Made by a program: the position numbers and the translations under genes. From contig NC_057711.1 of assembly GCF_004010195.1 (NCBI RefSeq), positions 78,339,156 to 78,403,155 of the forward strand: a stretch of 64,000 nt of DNA. Reading direction: 5' to 3'. Below are positions 1-13,019 of this stretch, in pieces. The first letter of the stretch is position 1. The number at the start of each line of letters is the position of its first letter. Under the pieces are notes generated by a model. It did not search any database and was not told where the DNA came from. It was given only the letters and a program-made list of their open reading frames with translations. This DNA comes from Chiloscyllium plagiosum (Eukaryota).

Positions 1-213
1 CCACCCCCACCCCGGCCTATCACCCTCACCTTAACCTCCTTCCACCTATCGCATTTTCAACGCCCCTCCCCCAAGTCCTTCCTCCCTACCTTTTATCTTA
101 GCCTGCTTGGCACACTCTCCATTCCTGAAGAAGGGCTCATGCCCGAAATGTCGATACTCCTTCTCCTTGTACACTGCCTGACCTGCTGCACTTTTCCAGC
201 AACACATTTTCAG
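1..213 (+). mobile_element. Penelope-like element pseudo-LTR 3' portion with hammerhead-like motif
   Basis: Similar to the arms at 15590-15890, 39400-39640 and 58002-58149. CTGAAGA-A-GGGC-TCAT-GCCC-GAAATGTC at 125-152. Confidence 0.8.
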
Positions 214-1189
214 CACAGTCAAACAGAACCAACTGCGCACACCCTCCATCATGGACACTATCGTCCAACTTTCAGGTAGGCACTAAATGACATCTCTCCA
301 AAGCTTTATACAATGGCAACCAACAGTGTGCAATTGCATCATATACAGTTAGCACATCAGGACAAGCACCCACTCCCTGGGATGGACCAAGCTGCCTTCC
401 AGCATGCTGCAGCATGCATACCCTGCATTGTCCGACTGTGCATCGCAGTGGTAATTGGCACACAACCAGGCAGCCGGACATGCCGTACTGGTAAAGTGAT
501 TTGGCCATTACAGTGCCACCTATATGCTGGCAGGAACATTCATGTCAAACACATGGCATCTGCAGCAAGCCATGAAGCATGTTGAAAGTCTAATGGGAAT
601 TGTCTGCAGTCAGGTCCATGGGGGCAACTGTCAATCATGGTCCCAGCAGTTAACCAAGGGGAGCTTCTCGGATGTCTGGTCAGAGAGGCATTACACAGGG
701 CTCCATGCCTCTGTGCTCCAGGGAGCGGGTCATGAGGAGTCCTTTGGCTCTAACTGAGCTAATCTCTGGAGGAAGACCTGCAGAAATCAGGCATATGTGT
801 GGTCACTAGTCAAGGGTTTTGAGTGTTCCCAGTCCTCTCCTTGTAAGGCGTGATGATGGATAATGGAAGTTCACTGCACCTTACCTGCATCACTCTGTTA
901 TAGGACATCCTTGTTTGTCATACAAAAGGGGCAAAGGAGAAAAATGCAAGTGGATGGCACAGCTGTCAGTGCTGCTGCATGTGGGGTAGAAATGTTGAGG
1001 TGTCTGAGGAAATAAGGAAACAGTACGGTGGAGATGCAGACTTAGTGCAGTGGAAAAATAGAAGTAATGAAATAAGAGTGAGGGAAGGTGTTGCAAGCAG
1101 CAATGGGGGAGTCGAAGCAGGAGCCTTGGTGGGAGGTGGGTGCAGTAGCAGTGAGAGAATGAGCGTAAGAGAGCAGAGTATGGCACTCA

Positions 1190-1330
1190 TCCCAGAATGG
1201 AGGGGTCATTGACCTTCCTTCTGCACTGCACCCCAGTTTCACATTCTTACGATCTCTCCTCAGGCTATAACAACAAGCAGGGCAGCTGCCAGATGTCAGC
1301 ACTCCTCCAGGTATGTAACAGGCTTTCAAA
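1190..1330 (-). mobile_element. Possible PIF/Harbinger Myb/SANT-like protein relic
   Basis: A minus frame around 1205-1240 reads TGVQCRRKVND, resembling the RTxxQCRKKxNDL motif of Harbinger Myb-like proteins. It is surrounded by stops and lies in a GC-richer block (about 230-1430). Confidence 0.35.
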
Positions 1331-1468
1331 GACAGTGTGGGTGCTGGGAATGCCCATGTTTGCCAGTGGTGAGCGACAAGTTATTCCAGGAAAGGTATAT
1401 GGGAAGGTGAGATGGAAATCTGATGTGTAAACATCAGAGAGGCAACAACGACAATTAATGACGTGAGT

Positions 1469-1658
1469 CGAAAAGTGTGGCCCTGGAAAAGCACAGCAGG
1501 TCAGGCAGCATCTGAGCAACAGGAGAAATGTTCATCATTCTGATGAAGGGCTTCTGCCCAAAACATCGACTCTCCTCGGATGTGACCTGACCTGATGTGC
1601 TTTTCCAGCGCCACACTGACTGACTCTCTTAACATCTGCAAGCCTCACTTTCTCCGAT
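1469..1658. mobile_element. Short degenerate PLE-derived fold-back insertion
   Basis: Inverted arms (gtgtggccctggaaaagcacagcaggtcagg / cctgacctgatgtgcttttccagcgccacac). Flanked by ttaatga(c/g)gtgagt at 1455-1468 and 1659-1672. Decayed hammerhead core at about 1540. Confidence 0.75.
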
Positions 1659-2529
1659 TTAATGAGGTGAGTTTGGTAAGATACAACAAAAAATCATGAT
1701 TAGCCTCACATTGAGAATCATTCCATCAACTCAACATGACCTGAATTTAGCCAGAGATTATAAGATTCAGCCGAGACATTTTATAATGCAGCTTATCTCC
1801 ATATGAAAACTAATCAAATAGCTTTTGATATACCAGAGTGAGCTTGGAGCAGAGCAGTTAGGACTTGTATCCAACAAGGGGCGCTTAGATAAAGCAACAT
1901 TGTGGTTATCATTCTATAAAACCCAACTGGATCACAAAAGTCAATTTTAATGCAGTAATTCTTTCCGATGTTGCTAAGAATTTATGGTTAAAAAATCGTT
2001 TCAATTATCATTCCATTCTAATTATAACTTTAATACAGTACTCAAACTTTTGATTTTAAAGACTAAAATGAATATTCAAAAAGACACATTTTTTAAAAAT
2101 GCACAATTTTGTACTGTTGCCTCAACTCAGCTTGGATTTATTTGTGTAATTAAAGTATCTTTCAGCAGTGACTGACATGCTCTCTCGAGATTAGGTGTCA
2201 ATAGCAACAGAATGAATTCCCAAAGCTTCATGAATGACGACCTTAATCTTCAGCGAGAAAGAAGTGAACGAAACAATTACAGTTATATATTTGAAAATGA
2301 AGCAATCCATTTCTAGTCAGTTCAGAAGGATTTAAATTATTGCTGTAAGTGCAAGTGTTTGGTTTAACCGCTAATGGACCAGTTCTGGTTATGTTTATAC
2401 TGAGCTCTCTGTAAGAATGGTTAATCTCTATTAAATTTGTTTGACTTCTGTAGTATTTTCAGGGAAAAGACCCTTTGTAAAACATTTTGGCAACTTAAAT
2501 CATATTTTATCCTGATCAATTTAACCTTG

Positions 2530-2994
2530 TTAGGTCATTCTGTAGTCAGAGGTACAGACAGTCATTTCTGTGGCCAGCAGAGAAAGCAGAATGGTGTGTT
2601 GTTTCCCTGATGCCAGGATCAAGGGTGTCTCAGAGAGGGTGCAGAATGTTCTCACGGGGGAGAGAGGGGCCAGCAAGAGGTCATTGTCCAAATTGGAACC
2701 AACGATATAGGAAGAGAAAAGGTTAATATTCTGAAGGGAGATTAGAGAAGAGTTAGGCAGAAATTTAAAAAGGTCGTTCTCAAGGGTAGTAATACCTGGA
2801 TTACTCCCAGTGCTATGAGCTCGTGAGGGCAGGAATAGGTGGATAGAGCAGATGAATGCATGGCTGAGGAGCTGGTGTATGGGAGAAGGATTCACATTTT
2901 TGGATCATTGGAACCTCTTTTGGGGTAGAAGTGACCTGTACAAGAAGGACAGATTGCATCTAAATTGGAAGGGGACTAATATACTGGCAGAGAA
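2530..2994 (+). mobile_element. CR1-clade LINE ORF1 (SGNH/GDSL esterase domain), degenerate
   Basis: Frames give VCCFPDARIKGVSERV...VIVQIGTNDIG and NAWLRSWC...FLDHWNLFWGRSDLYKKDRLHLNWKGTNILA, the GxND and DxLH blocks of CR1 ORF1 esterases. Confidence 0.85.
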
Positions 2995-3480
2995 TTTGTG
3001 CAGTCCTTGCATGGGATTTTGTACACTACATTGGTTTTGCTCATGGGCAAAACACTACATAGGACAAACAGGAAGACAGCTAACAATCCGCATCCATGAA
3101 CACCAACTAGCCACGAAACGACACGACCAGCTATCCTTAGTAGCCACACACGCAGATGACAAGCAACATGAATTCGACTGGGACAATACTACTATTATAG
3201 GACAAGCCAAACAGAGAACAGCCAGGGAATTCCTAGAGGCATGGCCCTCATCCACAGATTCAATCAATAAGCACATCGACTTGGACCCAGTATACCGACC
3301 ACTGCAGCAGACAGCTGGAACTGACAACCGGAAGCGGCAGATTCAACCCACTACAAATGCCGGAGGAAAGATCACAGAAGCACTTCAAAGGAGGCTCCCA
3401 AGCACTGAGGATGTCACCGAGACAGGGGATGAAACATCTGCAACACAAATTCCCAGCTCGATGAACACAACCATAACAAT
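2995..3480 (+). mobile_element. Penelope-like element 3' fragment (GIY-YIG endonuclease plus tail) with short 5' inversion
   Basis: HYIGQTGRQLTIRIHEH...AREFLEAW...SINKHIDLDPVYRPL from 3048. The segment 2995-3047 read in reverse gives PMSKTNVVYKIPCKDCT, the upstream GIY half. Hammerhead-like CTGAGGA...GAAACATC at 3405-3438. Confidence 0.88.
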
Positions 3481-5300
3481 AGACAGGATAGATCAAGTGA
3501 ATGCTTAGAAGAGTGTAAAGGAAGTAAGAGTATACTTAAGGGGGAAATCAGGAGGGCAAAAAGGGGACATGAGATAGCTTTGGCAAATAGAATTAAGGAG
3601 AATCCAAAGAGTTTTTACAAATACATTAAGGACAAAAGGGCAACTAGGGAGAGAATAGGGCCCCTCAAAGATCAGCAAGGCGGCCTTTGTGAGGAGCCAC
3701 AGAAAATGGGGAGATACTAAATGAATATTTTGCATCAATATTTACTGTGGACAAGGATATGGAAGATATAGACTGTAGGGAAATAGATGGTGACATCTTG
3801 CAAAATGTCCAGATTACAGAGGAGGAAGTGCTGGATGTCTTGAAATGGTTAAAGGTGGATAAAACCCCAGGACATGATCAGGTGTACCCGAGAATTCTGT
3901 GGGAAGCTAGAAAAGTGATTGCTGGGCCTCTTGCTGAGATATTTGTATCATCGATAGTCACAGGTGAGATGCCGGAAGACTGGAGGTTGGCAAACATGGT
4001 GCCACTGTTTAAGAAGGGCGGTAAAGACAAGTCAGGGAACTATAGACCGGTGAGCCTGACCTCAGTGGTGGGCAAGTTGTTGGAGGGAAACCTGAAAGGA
4101 CAGGATGTACATGTATTTGGAAAGGCAAGGACTAATTAGGGATAGTCAACATGGTTTTGTGCATGGGAAATCATGTCTCACAAACTTGATTAAGTTTTTT
4201 GAAGAAGTAACAAAGATGATTGATGAGGGCAGAGCAGCAGATGTGATCTATATGGACTTCAGTAAGGCATTCGACTAGATTCCCCATGGGAGACTGATTA
4301 GCAAAGTTAGATCTCATGGAATATAGGAAGGACGAACCATTTGGATACAGAACTGGCTCAAAGGTAGAAGACAGAGGGTAGTGGTGGAGGGTTGTTTTTC
4401 AGAATGGAGACCTGTGACCAGTGGAGTGCCACAAGGATCGGTGCTGGGCCCTCTACTTTTTGTCATTTACATAAATGATTTGGATGCGAGCATAAGAGGT
4501 ACAGTTAGTAAGTTTGCAGATGACACCAAAATTGGACGTATAGTGGACAGCGAAGAGGGTAACCTCAGATTACAACAGGATCTGGGCCAATGGGCTGAGA
4601 AGTGGCAGATGNNNNNNNNNNNNNNNNNNNNNNNNNNNNNNNNNNNNNNNNNNNNNNNNNNNNNNNNNNNNNNNNNNNNNNNNNNNNNNNNNNNNNNNNN
4701 NNNNNNNNNNNNNNNNNNNNNNNNNNNNNNNNNNNNNNNNNNNNNNNNNNNNNNNNNNNNNNNNNNNNNNNNNNNNNNNNNNNNNNNNNNNNNNNNNNNN
4801 NNNNNNNNNNNNNNNNNNNNNNNGATGTTGCCAGGGTTGGAGGATCTGAGCTGTAGGGAGAGGCTGAACAGGCTGGGGCTGTTTTCCCTGGAGCGTCGGA
4901 GGCTGAGGGGTGACCTTATAGAGGTTTACAAAATTATGAGGGGCATGGATAGGATAAATAGACAAAGTCTTTTCCCTGGGGTCGGGGAGTCCAGAACTAG
5001 AGGGCATAGGTTTAGGGTGAGAGGGGAACGATATAAAAGAGACCTAAGGGGCAACGTTTTCATGCAGACAGTGGTACGTGTATGGAATGAGGTGCCAAAG
5101 GAAGTGGTGGAGGCTGGTACAATTGCAACAACAATTGCAACATTTAAGAGGAATTTGGATGGATATATGAATAGGAAGGGTTTGGAGGGATATGGGCCGA
5201 GTGCTGGCAGGTGGGACTAGATTGGGCTGGGATATCTGGTCGGCATGGACGGGTTGGACCGAAGGGTCTGTTTCCATGCAATACATCTCTATGACTCTAA
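3481..5300 (+). mobile_element. CR1/HER1-like LINE ORF2 (reverse transcriptase) and 3' end, frameshifted
   Basis: [73 protein letters not shown]. Ends in a ctctatgactcta tail. Confidence 0.95.
4612..4823. other. Assembly gap (212 N)
   Basis: N run inside a CR1 copy. Confidence 1.
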
Positions 5301-5547
5301 CTATAAATAATAACATAACTATTTACTTTTAATTGCTTGATAGTGAAAAACATAAACTTTGCTAAAAAGACAAAGTCAAAACTTCTCAACTTGCACTCAT
5401 CAGGAGTAACACACAAAAAAAAGAAACAACTTTAGAAAGGGGCCATCAACTGTACATAAGGAGAGCAGGATATCAATTGCTTGCACCGTGATTGCCAAGG
5501 GAATACAACAGGAAGCGACAACTGCAAATCTTAGCTGATTATAAGTT

Positions 5548-5822
5548 CATAAGATATCGGAGCAGAATTAGGCCATTTGACCCATCAAGTCTGCTCTGCC
5601 ATTCCATCAAGGCTGATACTTTTCCTTCCCACCCAATTTTCCTGCCTTCACCTCACAACCCTTCAACGCATTACCAGTTAAAAATCAGTCTAACTCCAAG
5701 TTTTCTCACTGTCCCAGCATCCACTGCACTTTGGGATAGCAAATTCCACAGATTCACAACCCTTTGGGAGAAGTAGTTTCTCCTCAGCTGTTTTAGATTT
5801 GATACCCCTTATGCCAAGACTA
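5548..5822 (-). mobile_element. Old CR1-like 3' end fragment
   Basis: cataagat..ggagcagaattaggccatt..., aaattccacagattcacaaccctttgggagaag, the reverse of the FSQRVVNLWN region. Confidence 0.7.
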
Positions 5823-6124
5823 TCCTAAGATTACTCTCTATTAGTCATGTGCCTATTCTGAGAGTGCAGCAGAGACTGGTGGTCTCCATAACCCTTTCCT
5901 CAAAAATGTGTAATGTAACTGGGGTGGAAGAGGGCTTTGATTATGTGGCTGCTTTCCCCAAGGCAGAGAGAACCATAGATGGAAGGCTGGTTTTCGTGAT
6001 GGACTGGGCTGCATTTCCTTTAATTTCCTGCAGTCTTTGCCATATCAAGCTGTGATGTATCTGGAAAAGATATGTTCTATGGTGCATCTATGAAAATTGG
6101 TACATGCTGAATTTCCTTAGTCGT

Positions 6125-6404
6125 GATTAGATTAGATTACTTACAGTGTGGAAACAGGCCCTTTGGCCCAACAAGTCCACACCGACCCTCTGAAGAGCAA
6201 CCCATTCAGACCCATTACCCTACATTTACCCCTTCACCTAACACTACAGGCAATTTAGCATGGCCAATTCACCGAACCTGCACATTTTTGGACTGTGGGA
6301 AGAAACTGGAGCACCCAGAGGAAACCCGCGCAGACACGGGGAGAATGTGAAAACTCCACACAGACAGTTGCCTGAGGTGGGAATTGAACCCAGGTCTCTG
6401 GCGC
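6125..6404 (-). mobile_element. HE1-like tRNA-derived V-SINE, 5'-truncated
   Basis: Reverse complement of the copies at 13141 and 41137. B-box GGTTCAATTCC and (AATCT)n tail. Confidence 0.9.
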
Positions 6405-6419
6405 GGAGAGCTGGCCACT

Positions 6420-6880
6420 CCTGAGGCAGTAGAATGTACCGTTGACATGGATGGACCAGGATGGATTATTGTTGATAATTACTGCTAGGAACTTGAAGCT
6501 CTCAACTACCTCCACCTCAGCACTATTCATACAGACTGCGGAGAGGTCCTCCACCACTTCCTGAAAGCAATGGCCAGCTCTGTCATTTTGCTGACATTGA
6601 GGGAGTGGTTGTTGTCTTTATGCCATGTCACTAAGCTGTCTAACTCCTTCCTGTATTCTGTCTCATCATTGTTTGAGATCCAACTCACTATGGTGGTGTC
6701 ATCAGCAAATTTGTAAATTGAGTTAGAGCTGAATTTGTCGTTAAGTGTGTAAGGAGTATAATAAGGGGCTGAGTACACAATATTGTAGGTGTTAAGGATT
6801 ATTGTGGAGGAGGTGCCATTGCTTATCCTTACTGAGTGCAGTCTGTGGGTCAGGAATTGAAGGATACAGTTGCAGCGGGG
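6420..6880 (-). mobile_element. Rex1/Babar-like LINE RT fragment
   Basis: IYKFADDTTIVSWISNNDETEYRKELDSLVTWHKDNNHSLNVSKMTELAIAFRK, a typical Rex1 RT segment. Confidence 0.85.
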
Positions 6881-6899
6881 AAACATAATATAAATTTAC

Positions 6900-7560
6900 A
6901 GCGTGGCACAGCATAGCTTCTTTGATTTTATATTCTATGTCTTTATTTATATAGACTGGGATCCTTAAGCCTTTTTCACGCCTTCTCTATCTGTCTTTCC
7001 ACCTTCAAAAACTTGTGTATGTACAACTCCAAATATGTGTACTCCTGCACCACCTTTTCAAATTCCAGAAGTTGGCTTTATATTGCCTCTCCATTCTGCC
7101 CAGCAAAAGATTCAACTTCACAGTTTTCTGCACTAAATTTAATCTGCCATACTTGTTAATTTCATGAATCCTTGTCCTCCTGAAGCTTGTTACTAACCTC
7201 CTCATTGTTTATTACCTTTTGAAGGTTTGTGTCATCTGAAAACTTTAAAATGATGATATGTATATCCACACTCAGGACAACAATATGTATCAAAGGCCAA
7301 TTGGCCCAACCCCCATCCCTGGGATCACAACTAAATATTTTCGCTCAGTTGGAAAGCAACCATTCATCACTTGCTTCTGCTTCTATCCGAGAGAGATTTT
7401 TGTGTCCACATGATCATTCCTCCCAAATTTTGTGTTCCATTTTTACTTCATTTGCTACTTTATCAGGAGTCTTTTGAAAATCCAAGTGCACAATATTAAT
7501 GAACATCAACTCCCTCCATCACTTTGTCAATCCACAAACAGATTTTGCCTTTAAAAAAGA
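6900..7560 (-). mobile_element. Highly decayed CR1-like RT fragment
   Basis: Remnants of LDFQKAFDK (ttttgaaaatccaag, about 7470) and KFADD (gtcatctgaaaacttt, about 7235) on the minus strand. Confidence 0.55.
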
Positions 7561-8774
7561 TATACTTATTTTCACTGATTATTCTAGATTTCTGCAAGTC
7601 ATGTCTCCAAAAAGATTCTGCACTGTTAGATCAATTTGTAATTGTTGTTTTTCTACCCACCTTTTCTTTCAACAGGAGTCCAATGTTTGCAATCTTCCAG
7701 GCCTATAGGATCACAATTCATATCCAATGAAGATTGAAAGATGGTGGTCAATGCCTCCATACATAGTTCCTTCAGCGAGTAAGGACATCCCATTTAGACC
7801 GTTCTATTTTCAGTGCTGCCAATTTTTTAAGATCTACCTCTTCATTGATTTTTTTATTTATTTTAATTTATTTTTTACCTTTTCCCTTACTACAATAAAG
7901 ATGAAGTAGATCAAGTCTTGTTCAAGCAGTATCAAGGGTTACAAGAAAAAAGCAGGAAAGTGGACATGAGCAATGTCAGATCAACCATGAAAGTAGTGAA
8001 TAGCAGAGCAGGCTCAAAGGGCAAATGGCCCAATCCTGTTCCCATTTCATATGGTCTTAACATATAATATTGGCAGCAATCTCTTTAATGAGGATAGATA
8101 TAAACTACAGTACCACAGCCATATCCACTCCCTCTAAAATCTCCTTTTTGGTCCCTAGTGAACAACTGTCCTTTCACTATCGTTTTAGAGTTGATTTGTT
8201 TAGAAAAGACTAAAGTTCTCTTTTAATGTTATCCACTCACCTATGATCATGCATTTGCTTCTCCCTCCAGTTACTTCCTGTATTTGTTGTTTTGAGTTTG
8301 GTTCTTTATGGAATTATTAACCCAACATGTTTTATAAGCTTCCTTTGATTATACAAATATGCCAGGTCTATTCATGCAGAAGAACAGTGGTTATACTTGT
8401 CACTATGAAAGCCAGTTTAAAATCTTAATGGCTGTAAAATTAAGATAGCTGGAACAATTTAAATACCGTGTTCCAGAAAGTCAGGCCAAGGAACTAATGT
8501 TTCTATAAATAATAGAGATATTATGCTGTAATTGAGGGTATAGTTCATTTTTCTTTTATTCAAGATGGTCCACACATGGTGACTGGTTTTGCACATGTTA
8601 CTTACCACTTGTGGGCCCAGATTTGGAAGTTATCAAGGTACATCTGTCAGTTGTTCCCACATCAGAGTCATGAAAGAAATTGGACACTATAGAATTTGCA
8701 GTCACCAGATCCACTCCTGCAGGACTGATTTTATAGAATTCCACAGAAATAGTGATATGAAACAGATCACTAAT

Positions 8775-9060
8775 CTCAACACAGATAATAAACACAGAGA
8801 TTACTACAGAAACCTAGCAGGACAAGCGGACAGACACTCAATTTCAGTATGGTATGCGTCTTATTCAGAACTCTGAAGGGATAGATTTACAAATTCTATG
8901 AAAGGTCATACTGGACTCAAAACATGAACTCTTAAACAAAACATTGATTTGTTAACAAAACATTAACTCTGCATCTCACAGATGTTGCCAGACCTGCTAA
9001 GGTTCTCCAGCACTCAGTTTGCTTCAGATTTCCAGCATGCAAAGTATTTTGCTTTTATTC
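8775..9060. mobile_element. Old PLE-derived short repeat
   Basis: cacagatgttgccagacctgct..ttctccagca...cagatttccagcat tail, shared with 26305-26505, 30060-30290, 43055-43150, 57578-57790 and 61370-61470. Confidence 0.55.
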
Positions 9061-9479
9061 AGATCTATGTTAACATTTATCCTCTACATGAGTAGAGTTC
9101 TGTCTCTCAGAATTGCCTCTTCTTCCCTTCAGAGACCAAACTACTTTACTCTACATGTTATTCCATTACTAGGCAGTTTAGTAGTGCATTCCACAGTTCT
9201 CAACGCTTTCAGGAAAAACTTGCTTCCTGTTTGTCCTAAACATCCTACATAGGAGCAACAGAGTTATCTAAACTGAAGACAGCAATTTGGTGATGTTGCA
9301 ACATAGGACCATAAGCATGTTTGACAGCAGAAGCAACATGCTATAGACAGAGCGAGGCAAGTTTACAACCATTAGCTGAAATGAAAGCCTCAGTCCTGAC
9401 ACATCCAGCCATGAATGGTATTGGGCAAACAACTAACCAGCTCAGTAAATATCTCCAGAAGCATAATCATGCAAAAGAC

Positions 9480-10940
9480 AAATCAGGCACATTGAAAGTA
9501 ATCTTCAGCCAAAGTGTTGAATGACAGTTTAATCTCAGCCACCTTGAAGTCCCCAGCATTACAAATGCCAGTCTTCATCCAATGAGCATTGTGTGCTACC
9601 AAAAAACAAAGCTGAAGAAACCAGATATGGGAAACGCTAAGAGCTCTGTCAGCATCCTAGTTGAAGTTTTATTTTAAATTCAATCACGGGATGTGTTCAT
9701 TGCTGGCTGAGCCAGCATTTATTGTTCAATCCTAGCTGAGAAGGTGGCAGTGAGCTGCCTTTTTGAACCAGTGCAATCCATTTCTACTGATGGTTTGTGC
9801 ACCAAAATCAGATACATCTTTTAGACTAACTGTTCCAGTATAGGTACAGCACTGGCATCTATCCATTCGGGAGAAAATTTGTCAAGGTATGTCTTTTCAA
9901 CAGGCAGGAAGACAAACATGTTTGGCCAATTACCACCCTAGTCTATTCTCAATCATCAAAGTGATGGAAGGTGTCATTGACAGTACTATGGAAATTACAT
10001 GTTCACTGATACTCAATTTGGGTTCTACCTGGGCCACTTAGTTCCTGGCCTCATTAAATCCTATCCAAACATGAACAATAGAGCTCATTTCCAAAGGTAA
10101 GACAAGCATGACTACTCATGACCGCAAAGTAGTATTTGTCCAAGTGTAGGATCACGATCCCTCGCAAAATTGCAGTCAATGAGTCAGTCATATCTAGCTC
10201 AAAGGAAGATAGTTATTTTGTTGGTCAATCATCTCAGCATATCACAACTCCTCAGACACTGGAGAAGTCACAGTTCATATGCTGAAAAGTCTGAACAAGA
10301 GTCACACTTGTGACAAACAAGTAACATACGTTCCACACAAGTGCTAGACAATCATCTTACCAACAAGACCGAATCGCACCACCTCCTCTTCCACATTTCT
10401 ATTGCTGAGTCCATCATCAACAACATCCTGAGGGTTACCATTGACCTGAAACATAACTGAATCATCTGTATAAACAAGAAAAAGTCAGAGGTTTGGAGTT
10501 CTGCAGAACGCAACTCACCTCCAACTCCCAAAAACCGGTCCTAAATCTAAGCAGAAGTCAGGAGAATGATGACAGTCTCAAATGAATACATTCTAACAAT
10601 GTTCAAGAAGCTGGACAACATCTAAGGCAAGGAAGTTCACTTGACTGACATCCCATCTGCCACCTTAAATCTTCATTCCCTCCATCATTAGCACAAAGTG
10701 GGAGCAGTATGCACCATCTACAAATACACTCCAAGACTATTTTGACAGCACTATTTACTAACCCAAAGGAGGGCACCAATGCATGGAGACATAACCACCT
10801 GAAAGTCCTCCTTCACAACTTCAGTGTTAAAATGTGGATTTCCTAATAGCCCTATGGGCAGTTGGAACTGCAATGGTTCAAAGGCAGCTGTTCACCTTTT
10901 TGAGGACATTTGGAATGAACAATAAATGCTGGCCTTGTCG
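9480..10940 (+). mobile_element. Decayed L2-like LINE (RT to 3' end)
   Basis: Collinear similarity to 16800-19430 (aaagtgatggaaggtgtcat, gggttaccattgacc, gcaccatctaca). Ends aataaatgctggccttg. Confidence 0.7.
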
Positions 10941-13019
10941 ATCAGTGTCATTACAGTAAACAAATGAGAAAATAACATTAAACCTTACAGCTATGCATGA
11001 TTATGGAATACAATGTGCTAATTCAGGAAGCCAGGTGGTAAAGGATAGAAATAGAGCCTAATCTTTATGCACTCCATAGGCTTTTATTGAAAAAGATACT
11101 AAAAAGTCATGATTCCAGCTTGCTGCTGCATACATTCCTCCCAATCATCCTGACCCATCCAAAACACTGCATCAATTAGTTTATCACCTTTCACCCTACT
11201 AACCTGGCATTTACCCCATACTCATCCAACATTCTACCCCTGACTCCTCATCCACTCCATAACTGGCACCTTTTGTTACTGACCCTATAACGCTACTCAT
11301 TTGTATCCAAGCCCAGGCATCTATCCTTCCCCAGCTCACAGCCTACTCATCTGACTCTCTACCCACTATATCCATCAGAACACCTTAACCTCTGGCCTAT
11401 CAAAGACTGGACCTTCAAATTGCAGAATGTGGCAGCTGTAAAGGAGGCATTTTTGCCTTCCCCGACAGCTCTGATCTATGAAATAACTGTCTGAATTGAA
11501 GTATACCTCCACAATTCTAAGGGTGCCCTGAGCAGATCTCCTCTCAAATGTGGAGCTATCTTCTTTCATAACTGGAAACTGCTCGGAAAATCCAGCATGA
11601 TGAAACACTTGCTGAAGACACAAGAACGAACAAAAACGACTGGATCAAATTTATTTCTATTTACACTGCTTATTCCTGGAATAATTTGAAACTATCAAAT
11701 CTTCTCCCATCTTCTCTGTTCTAACAAAAACCTTCCCAATTTTTCATGCTTAGACTTGGCCATAGCAGGCTGAATCCTAGTAAATTCATGTTGTCAATGC
11801 CTTCTGTGTGTAAGAGAAAAGTTCACTGATGAGACAGTAGAAAATGATTTGGCTGAAGAGACCACCCAGAGGAATTGCTGCTGCAAAGTACGAGAGCTAT
11901 AACCACCAATCTTTAATAATCACAAATGTTTTTCTTTTCACCACACATGACTGCATGGCAGCATTTTGCTTGCTTCCGTGTTTAGAGCATGAACATAATG
12001 TGATCTGGAGCTAATGTGAAACCAAATTAAAGCATCAACAAGTTGGCATCAAATAGTATGACTCGTATCGCCTTATGTCACAATATTGATGCTTTGGAGA
12101 AACCTGATAGGATGATAAATGCCTGGGTTAGAGCTATCCTGTTTTATGGGTAGGAACTACCTCAACAATCTTCTATGGAGTGACACAAGTATACCAGAAC
12201 AGCTTGGCTAAATAAGAACCTCACTGATGTACCCAGGTTTTCAAAACTTCATAATTATTGAATCATGTGCATTCAGTCATTTTTGAAACCCATGTGAAGT
12301 GAATGAAATTGGCTGAATGTAATGTGTGTGATGGAAAGCTATGGCGGTAGGGGGTAGGTAAAACTTTGACAGAAGACAAAATGGAATCAACATAGGAACA
12401 TTTTTGATTGACTATTCTCATGAACAGCATTCAACAGATAACACCCTTGGAAACACAGATAACAGAACGATTGCCAAACAGTACAATCCAGGCCTTTAAG
12501 TTTAAAAGGATTCATTGCAAAGAAGAGGAATAACCTCAGCAACTGATTGAAAGAGATTGTTAAACAAGATTTTGTCAAGGCAAAAGATCACATTTCTAGG
12601 AGAATGCTGGGCAGACAGTATAAATCAACACTTAAAACTAGCATGCTCAGACAAACTGTGACATAAAAAGAAAGGTAGACAATGCATTCACAGTTTTTGC
12701 ATTGCGGAAGCCTATATGGTTTACAAGCATGAAAACATTAATATGCAGATATAAGACAGAAAAGGAGATCCAAGGAGACGCAGAAAGGAAAAGAAAAGCA
12801 ACAACACAACAGCAGTTACAAACAGTCTAATTTACAATAAATGATTAAGCCTTTACTTCAGCAATCATAGCTCAAGAAAGGAAGTTAACACAATCCAATT
12901 AAGTTACATCAACAAGTTCTTGGCTTTGTACCAATTTTATTTGCTCCAATACCTAATGAATCTCCGTTTTCTTTACAATTTCTTTAGCCAGCTAATGTAG
13001 ATGTCCAATAGGTAGCATG

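Noticed and set aside
11130..11400. C-rich degenerate tandem-like tract
   Set aside because: No consistent period; treated as low complexity.
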